Shown here: positions 20,520-29,653 of the stretch, piece after piece
How positions within the stretch are numbered: the first letter of the stretch is position 1
Layout: each line of letters starts with the position of its first letter
Source of the DNA: an uncultured Bacilli bacterium
GTDB lineage: Bacteria; Bacillota_I; Bacilli_A; RF39; UBA660
Direction: 5' to 3'
Length of the DNA stretch: 64,000 nucleotides
Assembly: GCA_944373145.1 (NCBI GenBank)
Contig: CALWAL010000008.1
Coordinates: 6,358 to 70,357, forward strand
Notes under the pieces: model-generated
Seen by the model: only the letters and a program-made list of their open reading frames with translations
Told to the model about the DNA's origin: nothing
Databases searched by the model: none
Made by a program: the position numbers and the translations under genes

Positions 20520-22292
20520 CTAACAAGCAGGAAGAGCTCCAATATAATTAGATGGGCTATCCAAAGAACCATTATTATAAAATGTAATATGTAAATGATT
20601 TCCTGTTGAAGAACCTGTTGTTCCAACAGCCATAATGACATCACCTTTACTAACTTTATCGCCAGTACTTACAAATAACTTTGAAGCATGCATATAGACG
20701 GATTGAACACCATTTCCATGATTAATTTTAACATAATTACCCATTGAATTATGATATCCTGCTTCTGCAACCGTACCTGATGCTACTGCATATACAGGAG
20801 TCCCAGCAGCAGCTGGGTAATCATCACCACTATGAAATTGTTGCTCTCCACTAATTGGATGAATACGTGGGCCATACAAAGATGATCTACAACTTGTTGC
20901 CCCAGACGGTAAAGGGAAAATATACTCTCCAGAAGCTGAAGATGGAGTCATGTCTGTATCACCTGTATCTGGATCAATACCAAGACTAGGCATATAATAT
21001 TTTCTTTCAATATATTCTAATAAGAATTCATCATACTTATCAGCATCATACTTGTAATCATTAGTAATATTATAAGTTTCACCAGCATCACATTTTAAAT
21101 AATAAGCTTCACCAGGTTCAAAATACTGAGCTTCAATATCGATATCAGTTTGAGACTTAGTAACTACTGTTGTCGTATTTCCTTCATCATCAGTTACCGT
21201 TTTTGTACAAGTCTGTGTAGTAGTTTTAGTTACCATATTTTTTGCTAAAATTTGCAAATCATATCTAAAATCGTCTGGATTTAAATATTTATACCCTGGA
21301 ATTTTTTTGTAATCATAATCCCAATCTAAATCCATCAAAAGATCTAAATTTTCTACATCATCTAAGTTATAATCGTGCAAGCTTCTCTTCATTGTTTTTT
21401 CTTCATCAGAATCACTAAACATCATTGTCGCATGTAATAAAACCCAATCTAGATTAACGTTATATTTATTTTCATATCTATAAAGAATATCCGCAGCTTT
21501 TAAATAATATCTAAATTCTGGTCTCTCTAAACATTCTTCACCATCACACTTAAAATCAGAAGAATATACATTTCCTAATTTTTCCAATCTTTCTTGGTAA
21601 ATACTTGGAATATTAGACCCCATTCCCAATTCACTACCATATCCTTGACCAATTTCATTTTGCATATCTTCCAATAATTGACGATCATCAGCTGTCATTT
21701 TACCTAAAATAAGAGTACTCAAGCGAAGCTCAAAAACTGAAGATATAAGTGAAACAAAGAAAGCTACCATAATGCAACAGCAAGCGCCAAGCAATAAAAT
21801 TTTCCACAAAATACTTTTAGGTATTGCTATTTCAGTTTTAGCATCAACAATACTTGAATTTATACTTTCTTTACTATCATTGGAATTTTCTGTTTCATCG
21901 CCTTTTTTGGCTTTACCATCGCCACTTAAACCACCAGCTATTTTTTGTAAAGCACGCCCACCAGGAACTCTCTTTGCCAATTTCTTTTCTAACATTTCAG
22001 AACTTTTACCACCAGTTAACGTATCTGCGGTTTTAACAGCTTTTCCAGCCGTGCTAGCATAAGGAATTTTTGTTTTTGATAATGCATCGGCTGCATTACG
22101 AATATTCTTTCCCCGATTATTAGCAATATCCCGCTGCTGCTGTAAAGATGATTGCTGTTGTGATATTTGCTTGGCATGAAGTTGATTATTAACCCCTCTT
22201 ATATCCTTATTAGCTCTATCAACGTTAGATTTTAATACCGAATTGTATTCATCAGCTGCACGATGCCCGTTATTAATAACATTTTGAGCCAT
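20520..22292 (-). CDS. Membrane-anchored M23 family peptidoglycan endopeptidase
   Basis: HSGDD, GTPVYAVASGTV, GNYVKINH, YMHAS, STGNHLH; central TM. Confidence 0.88.
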   Translation of the reverse strand: MAQNVINNGHRAADEYNSVLKSNVDRANKDIRGVNNQLHAKQISQQQSSLQQQRDIANNRGKNIRNAADALSKTKIPYASTAGKAVKTADTLTGGKSSEMLEKKLAKRVPGGRALQKIAGGLSGDGKAKKGDETENSNDSKESINSSIVDAKTEIAIPKSILWKILLLGACCCIMVAFFVSLISSVFELRLSTLILGKMTADDRQLLEDMQNEIGQGYGSELGMGSNIPSIYQERLEKLGNVYSSDFKCDGEECLERPEFRYYLKAADILYRYENKYNVNLDWVLLHATMMFSDSDEEKTMKRSLHDYNLDDVENLDLLMDLDWDYDYKKIPGYKYLNPDDFRYDLQILAKNMVTKTTTQTCTKTVTDDEGNTTTVVTKSQTDIDIEAQYFEPGEAYYLKCDAGETYNITNDYKYDADKYDEFLLEYIERKYYMPSLGIDPDTGDTDMTPSSASGEYIFPLPSGATSCRSSLYGPRIHPISGEQQFHSGDDYPAAAGTPVYAVASGTVAEAGYHNSMGNYVKINHGNGVQSVYMHASKLFVSTGDKVSKGDVIMAVGTTGSSTGNHLHITFYNNGSLDSPSNYIGALPAC

Positions 22293-22325
22293 TTAAATCA
22301 CCACCTAAACAATTGGAGGATTATA

Positions 22326-24113
22326 TTATAATCCTCCACCTTTACCAAAGGACTCTAATTCTTCCTCTGTTGCTACTACATTAATTCTCATACGCCTACT
22401 TCCACATACAAATAAAGCTTCCCCTTGTGAATATCTCTTAATACTTTCTTTTTCACTATCATTTAAATCTATTAATCGAGCTAAATCTTCAGCGGCTTGT
22501 TTCTTAAGTCCCATTACTAAATAGTAAGAAGCATTATCAAAAATTGCTTTACCTTGCGTAATTACTGCTGGATCAGCAAAATCAGTAGGTTGTTGCGTAA
22601 TAATTATCGTTCCCGTATTGTATTTACGAGCACGTCTTTGAATTTGTGCTAAAAAGTCAGCACCTAATGCATTTTGATTACTTAACAATACATGTGCTTC
22701 ATCAACCATTAAAACGGTATTTATACGAGCATCAAGAGTTAAACTCCATGCATACTTTAATACATTAAAAAATAAAGCATTTCTAATATTAGCATCAGAA
22801 TTCATCAACTCTCTAATATTAAACACAATAATATCACTATTAGTACTAATTGTGGTATGTCCGTCAAAGTAATAACGCAATTCTTTAATTAATGGTCTAA
22901 TTTTTAATTCTAAGCGTTCTAATATATCGCGTTCTTGTGTTCTCTCTGGCATTGATAATATCTTACCTTTAATCGTAGCATAAACATCTTTAAATGTTGG
23001 ATAATCCCTAGATGTTAATTTAGTAAAATCGGTATCAAAATTAATACTAAAGCGACGATATGTTTCTTGAAGAATTTCACTAAACATATTAACAACATCT
23101 TCTTCAACACTTGGATCGTAATACTTCAAGAAAGCCTTAACTGACTGTAAAGTTCTTGTTAACGTTGTATACCCTAATCCCTGTTTAATTTCTTCATCAT
23201 CAGAATCAGAAACAACTTCAAGTGGATTTATCATACCAAATTGTCCACCTTTACCAAGGCTGATAAAATCACCGCCATAAAGGTTACACATGTCTTCTAA
23301 TTCACCTTCAGGGTCAATAACAACAATCTGATGTCCATTACGAATATGACTTCTTAAAAGTAATTTTGCTGCTGTTGATTTACCACTACCAGAAGTACCC
23401 AAAATAATCATATTAGCATTATTTCGATTGTGTTCTTTTTTTATTTGATATAAAAATTGATTAAACAAAATAACTCCACCAGAGAAATCAATTCCCAATA
23501 AGGTTGATAATCCTGGGTCTTTTATACTGTCAAAGATAAATGGATACATAGCAGCCATCGTTGGGGCTGGAATTGGAGTTCCAATTCTATCCTCAATGTC
23601 TTGTTTTGGATAAATTGGAAGCATTGATTTTAAAACTCTATCTTGCTCAAAGCGAAGCGGAATAGCTTTCATTTCCATCGCTTCCATATAATTTCTAACT
23701 TGTAACTTTTTTAATGTTAATTCATCTTCAGAATTAGCTGTAATCATAATGTGCATTTGAAAATCATAAATTTTAGCTTGACTAGCAGCTAATTCTGATA
23801 CGAATTGTTCCAAAGAATCATAGTCTTGTCTAATTCTTTCTTGGATTGTACGATCATGTTCTTCTTGATATCTTTGCTTCAAATCAGCCAACTCTTTATT
23901 AAGCATTTTTTGAATCATTGAAAATGGTAAAGGAATATGTTTAATTACTAATTTAATTCCAGACATTGATGTTAATGAGGACAAATATCCCGGATAAATA
24001 TATTTTGGATAACTTATAACAGTTAAAATAGTGGCATATTTATCACTAATAACAAATTCAGCTGGTTTAAACTCCAAGCCTTTAGGAGCAATTTGGCTTC
24101 TAATATCCATCAT
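22326..24113 (-). CDS. VirB4-like type IV secretion ATPase
   Basis: NANMIILGTSGSGKS, VVIDPEGE, INPLE, LMVDEAH, RRARKYN, ITQQPTDF. Confidence 0.92.
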   Translation of the reverse strand: MMDIRSQIAPKGLEFKPAEFVISDKYATILTVISYPKYIYPGYLSSLTSMSGIKLVIKHIPLPFSMIQKMLNKELADLKQRYQEEHDRTIQERIRQDYDSLEQFVSELAASQAKIYDFQMHIMITANSEDELTLKKLQVRNYMEAMEMKAIPLRFEQDRVLKSMLPIYPKQDIEDRIGTPIPAPTMAAMYPFIFDSIKDPGLSTLLGIDFSGGVILFNQFLYQIKKEHNRNNANMIILGTSGSGKSTAAKLLLRSHIRNGHQIVVIDPEGELEDMCNLYGGDFISLGKGGQFGMINPLEVVSDSDDEEIKQGLGYTTLTRTLQSVKAFLKYYDPSVEEDVVNMFSEILQETYRRFSINFDTDFTKLTSRDYPTFKDVYATIKGKILSMPERTQERDILERLELKIRPLIKELRYYFDGHTTISTNSDIIVFNIRELMNSDANIRNALFFNVLKYAWSLTLDARINTVLMVDEAHVLLSNQNALGADFLAQIQRRARKYNTGTIIITQQPTDFADPAVITQGKAIFDNASYYLVMGLKKQAAEDLARLIDLNDSEKESIKRYSQGEALFVCGSRRMRINVVATEEELESFGKGGGL

Positions 24114-24655
24114 GCTAACACCGTCCCAAAATTAGTCGTTTGTCCACCATTTAAGAAATTATCTAATATCATTCTTAAATCATCATTGGTAGTTTGAAAT
24201 GCTGTTAAACCAGCATTGGCAAAATTATTAATTAAATTTCTAATACGCTTGTTAATAATTTCATTATCTTTTTCTTTAAATAATAAGAAATATTCAGTAT
24301 CAACAACATTATTAGACATAAATGAATTAGCTTTATTTATATCTTCATTAATAATTTTTCTCTTTGCCGGATCATTAGTTGTATTATATAACAATTGTAG
24401 TTGAGAAAGATAAACATTAATGTCAACTGGTCTATCAGCTACCACAATCCAAAATTCAAAGTCAATAACATTATAAACGGTCTTCAAATTAGTAATAATT
24501 GCATCTTGAACACTTGATTCAAGAATAAAAATATTTCGTGGCATAATCTTTACACCTGTAACTTTTTGACCATTGTCAAGAATAATTGTTCCATTAGTTA
24601 TTCCTTTTACAGGAATATCATCATTTGTATATTTACTTTTCACTTTCGTCGCCAT
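24110..24655 (-). CDS. TraC-like / VirB4 N-terminal-like T4SS accessory protein
   Basis: IPVKGITNGTIILDNG...VKIMPRNIFILESSVQDAII; lies between PrgI and VirB4 and overlaps both; start at 24655 inferred. Confidence 0.55.
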   Translation of the reverse strand: MATKVKSKYTNDDIPVKGITNGTIILDNGQKVTGVKIMPRNIFILESSVQDAIITNLKTVYNVIDFEFWIVVADRPVDINVYLSQLQLLYNTTNDPAKRKIINEDINKANSFMSNNVVDTEYFLLFKEKDNEIINKRIRNLINNFANAGLTAFQTTNDDLRMILDNFLNGGQTTNFGTVLA

Positions 24656-24950
24656 AGTTAAAACACCAACCTTTCCATACAAATCTTTGCCTTGTCGTAT
24701 AAAATTCAAATGCTATTTTTATAAATGTTAATACATTATGATAATTAGGAATTGGCATTGTCAAAAAGGCACAAATACAACCCGGCATAATTGCTATAAT
24801 TGCCCAAACCAATTCATCAACTGGTAACAACATCAGAAGAAGGAGTGAAACTCCCACTCCTATACTAAATAAAATTAAATCAAATGTATTAAATACTCCA
24901 AAAATTAACATAGATTTTTTAGAGTTAGCCGGTATTAAATATGAACCCAT
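24633..24950 (-). CDS. PrgI/VirB3-like membrane protein
   Basis: YLIPAN...LIFG, two TM helices, C-terminal RQRFVWKG; upstream of VirB4. Confidence 0.65.
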   Translation of the reverse strand: MGSYLIPANSKKSMLIFGVFNTFDLILFSIGVGVSLLLLMLLPVDELVWAIIAIMPGCICAFLTMPIPNYHNVLTFIKIAFEFYTTRQRFVWKGWCFNYGDESEK

Positions 24951-24970
24951 TATGTATCACACCCTCTTTA

Positions 24971-27109
24971 TTATTTTTGACCTTTTCTTTGTGCGTAATT
25001 ATCAACAGTTGTTGCACGGTTTGCAGCCGTAGAACCAGAAATTTGTGCACTAACACCTTTAGTAGAGCCATTGATAGTTTTAGCATCGGCACTAGCAGAG
25101 ACCTTTCCAATACCTGGATCAAATGCGCTAGTAGCACTATTTAAATCTTTAACCAATGACTGCATTGTAGCATAAGCTTCAGTTATAGCTCTATCAGTGT
25201 AAGAATCTTGTGTATGTTCTGTTCCAGCTGCTAATCTATTCAATCTAGTATCTTTAATATCTTCCAAATCGGCTATACGTTGCTGTTGTTCACTAACAGC
25301 AGATAAATAATCTGCTTCACTAGCGAAATCACTTCTATTAATTGTAGTTTTCTTAACTTCATCTAAATATTTTTCTAAACCTTTTATACCATCGAAACTT
25401 CCATATTTAGCGTATTTAGAACCATATGCTGAAGCATTAAATGTTTGTTTATCATTTCCAACTGCTGCATTTTGCATTGCTTTATATGTATCTTGAATTT
25501 TTTTGGCTGTGTCTGTTGCAGCTTTTACAGCTTCACCTTTAGTATGAACTCCCATAGTTTGTTGAGCCTTAGAAACCATCATTTCGCCCCAACTAACTCC
25601 ATCATCTATCCTATCTTGACGTGATTGTTTAGCTTTCATTGCAGCTCCATATGAGTTAGAAAAATTCTTTCCCATTTTTTCTCCTTTTGCTGCGCCAACT
25701 AAGCCTCTACCTGTTGCAGATAACCCCCCAGCAAAAGCGCTAGAAATTGCTCTAAGTCTTCCTAAGCCCCTATTATTAGTAAATCCTGTTATCGCATTAG
25801 AGCCAAATGCAGCAACACCAGCTGCACCTGCACCTGCAGCTCCAAAAATTTGTTTTCCTAGAAATGCTTCATCTGCAAATTTTTTAAACGGATTAAGTTG
25901 AAATTTACCGTCACCACTAACTTTAAGACCCAAAGCATCGTCTAAAATTTTTGGCAACTGTCTAACAAATATTAAAACCCCAACAATCATAAATACATTT
26001 AAAAGCCAATTTCCTTGAATTACTTCACCAGTTATAAAATCTGTATAGCCTCCCATAATAGTAATTGCATATACACCTAAATACAAAGCAAATAATCTTA
26101 AAAATAAGCTCAAATATGTTTTCCAACAATATTCAATCCATTTTTTAAACATTCCTTTATCTCCGCTTTTTGGATCAATATATGAAAGAATTGGTACCGG
26201 AGAAATCATTTCCAAAAACCCTAATTTAACACTACGAACAGCAATATCTATACAAAATAATATAAATAAATATATAACAACAATGCCAACTGCCGTACTA
26301 ATAAACATTCGATAATCAATAACATATTTATCTTCAACAGAAACCAAAATCAAATCTTTTCGCATCAATAAAGAATAATTTTTTTGTGCTAAAGCTTGTG
26401 CATATGTTTGAAATAAATCTACTGAATCCTCATCATCTTCAAAAGCTTGACAGAAATCAGTACTACAATCATAAGTGTCACTACTTTCTTGATAATTGCC
26501 AAAACATTCTGGATTTAAAGCTTTAATAAATTTCGAATCTCCACGGGATTTAATAATACCATTATCAGCTATATCATATACTTGTTCACATGGTGAAAAA
26601 TCATAATCATCATCAAAATAAAATTCAGAATAATTTGGTTGCAAAAATGCTGACATTAAAGTAAATTGTATATCATCGCCGGCGGTTTCAACATAATTAT
26701 CATTTGGTACTGTTCCCGCCGCTGAATTACCAAAAACTAAATGCATTAAAGTATTTTCTTCTAATATAATAGCTTGAAGCGTATAAGCTTCTCTAAATAT
26801 GTAAGGAACTAACACTAAAAGTGCTAGAGAAATGACAATTCTTTTGGCTATATTAGAAAAGCCTTTGTTTTTATCACTAAAATCATCGGGATTTATAATG
26901 TAGTTAATTAAGGAGATTGTTACTTTGAATAACATGAATATACCGGCTATTGCAAAAATTCTTGAAGAAAATTCAGAAATAACATCACTACTAAAAATGG
27001 ATGTTCTAGTTATTTGCAAAAGCAAAGTGTATACATCATCAATTAATCCAAATACAACAGAATCTAATTGAAAGAAGAATCCTCTAATTGTATTATAAAA
27101 GAATTCCAT
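24971..27109 (-). CDS. VirB6/TrbL-like polytopic T4SS channel protein with long C-terminal extension
   Basis: Multiple TM, DIAVRSVKLGFLEMISPVPILS, FKKW, Gly/Ala-rich tail. Confidence 0.75.
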   Translation of the reverse strand: MEFFYNTIRGFFFQLDSVVFGLIDDVYTLLLQITRTSIFSSDVISEFSSRIFAIAGIFMLFKVTISLINYIINPDDFSDKNKGFSNIAKRIVISLALLVLVPYIFREAYTLQAIILEENTLMHLVFGNSAAGTVPNDNYVETAGDDIQFTLMSAFLQPNYSEFYFDDDYDFSPCEQVYDIADNGIIKSRGDSKFIKALNPECFGNYQESSDTYDCSTDFCQAFEDDEDSVDLFQTYAQALAQKNYSLLMRKDLILVSVEDKYVIDYRMFISTAVGIVVIYLFILFCIDIAVRSVKLGFLEMISPVPILSYIDPKSGDKGMFKKWIEYCWKTYLSLFLRLFALYLGVYAITIMGGYTDFITGEVIQGNWLLNVFMIVGVLIFVRQLPKILDDALGLKVSGDGKFQLNPFKKFADEAFLGKQIFGAAGAGAAGVAAFGSNAITGFTNNRGLGRLRAISSAFAGGLSATGRGLVGAAKGEKMGKNFSNSYGAAMKAKQSRQDRIDDGVSWGEMMVSKAQQTMGVHTKGEAVKAATDTAKKIQDTYKAMQNAAVGNDKQTFNASAYGSKYAKYGSFDGIKGLEKYLDEVKKTTINRSDFASEADYLSAVSEQQQRIADLEDIKDTRLNRLAAGTEHTQDSYTDRAITEAYATMQSLVKDLNSATSAFDPGIGKVSASADAKTINGSTKGVSAQISGSTAANRATTVDNYAQRKGQK

Positions 27110-27135
27110 ATATTTCGTTCACCTCACTTATTTAA

Positions 27136-28320
27136 TTAAAGTACACAGAACGGATTGTTTGGATCTAATCCTGGTAAATTAAAGATATTCAAAATAAATT
27201 GTAAAATTAAAGGAACTATAAATACTAATGCTGCCGCAATTAATCGTTTAACAAATCTTGCTCCAGCTTTTTTTATTTCACCTTCGTCATCAGAAGCAAT
27301 TGTTTTTATAAAATCTAAAATTCCTAAAACAATTAATAACACAGGTACTATATATCTAATCATATTTATAATTTTAAAAATCCAAGCAAGAGTTCTTTCC
27401 CCAAATGTATTGCATACTTCTGTTTGAGAACCACTAACATCATAGCCACAAATTTTACTAACATCATCCCTTATATTAGAGCAAGAACTCATGCAAGCTT
27501 TTGCGGTATTATCATCATCTGTATACGTAGTAGAAGAAGAGTAATTATCACAAAGAGCTAACAAATCACGATAATGTTCCGTAAATTTCTCGCTAGAACA
27601 TCCACCAGTACTTGCCTCAATTTGTAAGACTTTCATATATTCATCATAAGTTGCACAATCGCTAGTTGAAATTGGCTCATCAAATTCAATATCCGCTAAT
27701 GACTGTTCTTTTAAATCAACACAAGTTGCATCCGAAACAATTGAATAAAACCAAGAAGAATCTTCTCCCTCAATTTCAGTTAAACCATCTTTATAGAAAA
27801 AATAGCTTAAAACCTCATTATCATCATCTCCAAAGAAAGAATCAACAAAACCTTTTAAAAGAGAATCATTAGAAGTTTGAGAACATAATGTAATTCTTTC
27901 TGGACAATAATCTTTAGAGATTTCATAGGCCTCTCGGTTCGCATACAACTTTCCAGTATATGTGTATTTAGTTCGATATGAGCAATCCCATGATGGCTCC
28001 CAGCCGAACAAATTAACCTTCCAACTTCCTAAATAAGCTTCACAAATTGCTTGATCAAATGAATCTATATAAAAATCAAAATGTTCATCATTTGCAGGTT
28101 TTAAATAATCGTCACCGCCAACGATGGGAATAATGCGATCAGATTCATTATAAGCGATAGTATATTCGTTATATCCCGTAATCTTAATTTGAAAATATGT
28201 TTTAAAATTATCGCTTGTTCCCTCACCATAAGTACAAGTAATGGCGTTTACGTAATCTATTCCAAGCAAAAATGTTACCATAAATAAAAACAACATAGTC
28301 ATTTTTTTATTAATTTGCAT
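27136..28320 (-). CDS. Cys-rich exported domain fused to C-terminal VirB2/TrbC-like pilin domain
   Basis: Signal peptide VNA|IT; C-terminal VPVLLIVLGILDFIKTIASDDEGEIKKAGARFVKRLIAAALVFIVP. Confidence 0.65.
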   Translation of the reverse strand: MQINKKMTMLFLFMVTFLLGIDYVNAITCTYGEGTSDNFKTYFQIKITGYNEYTIAYNESDRIIPIVGGDDYLKPANDEHFDFYIDSFDQAICEAYLGSWKVNLFGWEPSWDCSYRTKYTYTGKLYANREAYEISKDYCPERITLCSQTSNDSLLKGFVDSFFGDDDNEVLSYFFYKDGLTEIEGEDSSWFYSIVSDATCVDLKEQSLADIEFDEPISTSDCATYDEYMKVLQIEASTGGCSSEKFTEHYRDLLALCDNYSSSTTYTDDDNTAKACMSSCSNIRDDVSKICGYDVSGSQTEVCNTFGERTLAWIFKIINMIRYIVPVLLIVLGILDFIKTIASDDEGEIKKAGARFVKRLIAAALVFIVPLILQFILNIFNLPGLDPNNPFCVL

Positions 28321-28369
28321 ATTTTTAACTCCTTAATCTACAATTAAATTACACTAACATAATTATAGC

Positions 28370-28399
28370 AAAAAAAAACTATTAAATAAATAGTTTTTT
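28370..28399 (-). terminator. Terminator downstream of 28407..29096
   Basis: AAAAACTATT-loop-AATAGTTTTT hairpin with a U-run. Confidence 0.5.
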
Positions 28400-28406
28400 A
28401 TTATTA

Positions 28407-29096
28407 TTACTTAGAGTTTGAAACTTCTCTAGATGAGTATACCGCAGCTATATAATCATCAGCTTTATCATAAGTTACACCATCTACATCATAGCCTGAT
28501 ATCTCATTAATACAATTTGAATCATTCAAGCAACTAGCAATTTGCATCCCATCAGCATACACTGAATATTTATTAACACCGACTCCTAGTCCTTTTGTAT
28601 TTTCCTCAATTGTACTGCTTGAGACAATATCTTCCAATAGTTGAGTTCCTTCCAAAGGAGTTACTCCATCATCACGTCTACTAACTCCTTCAATAACAGC
28701 ATCATCTAAAACAGAATAAGCTCCATCTATATTTTTATCGAAACGTACCAAATAATTAGTACCATTTTCTGAATATACATAGTAATCATCTAAATAGTAA
28801 GTATCTGGATCTTGATCTTGTAGTGTGTATACAGCCATGTAAGAATTACCATGTGTTGATTGTACTAAACCTGTCTCTTCATCACGTGCATTTTTATGTA
28901 AGCTAAAGGCAGCAAAAGCTACAGACAAGACAATACCTCCTATAACTAATTTCTTTAGTGTACGCCTAATAAATCCTTTCGCCTTTTTATTTTTCTTACT
29001 ACCTTCACGATCAACCTTCATTTTTCTTCTCTCGCGTTTTGGCTTTTCAACTTCTTCGGCATCATCATCAAACATACCATAATCTTGTTCTTCCAT
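28407..29096 (-). CDS. Hypothetical single-TM protein with acidic extracellular domain
   Basis: ORF with AGGGGAG RBS before ATG 29096; charged N-terminus, TM, acidic C-domain. Confidence 0.6.
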   Translation of the reverse strand: MEEQDYGMFDDDAEEVEKPKRERRKMKVDREGSKKNKKAKGFIRRTLKKLVIGGIVLSVAFAAFSLHKNARDEETGLVQSTHGNSYMAVYTLQDQDPDTYYLDDYYVYSENGTNYLVRFDKNIDGAYSVLDDAVIEGVSRRDDGVTPLEGTQLLEDIVSSSTIEENTKGLGVGVNKYSVYADGMQIASCLNDSNCINEISGYDVDGVTYDKADDYIAAVYSSREVSNSK

Positions 29097-29167
29097 ATTT
29101 AACTCCCCTTTCAATGAGCATTATATTATCATTTTTAATAAAAAAATGCAAATTATTTATCTTAATT

Positions 29168-29198
29168 AAAAAAAGATATATTCATCCGAATATATCTC
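29168..29198 (-). terminator. Terminator of the 129-aa pilin gene
   Basis: AGATATATTC-loop-GAATATATCT hairpin followed by a U-run on the minus strand. Confidence 0.7.
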
Positions 29199-29206
29199 TA
29201 ATTTTA

Positions 29207-29596
29207 TTAGAAGCTTCCTTCGTCTGAACCAGCAGAATCAAGGTCACAGTTATTATTATTTACAAAACAATCAAAGCAAGAAGCAACGCTATCTTCATCA
29301 CCTGCTAAGAAACCGATAACCATTTGAACTATTGTAATTATAAAGAATACAATAATAGCAGCAATTAAACGTTTAATAAATGTTTGTTGGCCCTTCTTTA
29401 TCTCGTCTTCTTTTTGTGCCATAACCGCTTTTGCTAAATCCATCATACCGAATATAATTAATAAAATTGGCACAGCAATTTTTATAATTAACACAACAAC
29501 GTGTACGACATTTGGTATCATACCACTAAATGATAAATCTAAATCTCCGCATGTATATGTAGCAGTTGTGGATATATTCGCTAACGTTTGAATCAT
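29207..29596 (-). CDS. VirB2/TrbC-like pilin (candidate major subunit)
   Basis: TCGD...AVPILLIIFGMMDLAKAVMAQKEDEIKKGQQTFIKRLIAAIIVFFI...SCFDCF...C; own promoter, GAGGAGG RBS and terminator. Confidence 0.7.
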   Translation of the reverse strand: MIQTLANISTTATYTCGDLDLSFSGMIPNVVHVVVLIIKIAVPILLIIFGMMDLAKAVMAQKEDEIKKGQQTFIKRLIAAIIVFFIITIVQMVIGFLAGDEDSVASCFDCFVNNNNCDLDSAGSDEGSF

Positions 29597-29620
29597 TTTA
29601 TACCTCCTCTATCTAGAAAA

Positions 29621-29649
29621 ATTATACTATACATACATTTAATTGTCAA
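29621..29649 (-). promoter_or_regulatory. Perfect consensus sigma-A promoter
   Basis: TTGACA (29649-29644) -17 bp- TATAAT (29626-29621). Confidence 0.85.
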
Positions 29650-29653
29650 TAAA

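Noticed and set aside
28960..29010. KKAKGF as a prepilin cleavage site in the 28407 gene
   Set aside because: Followed by charged IRRTLKK, with no hydrophobic stretch or Glu+5
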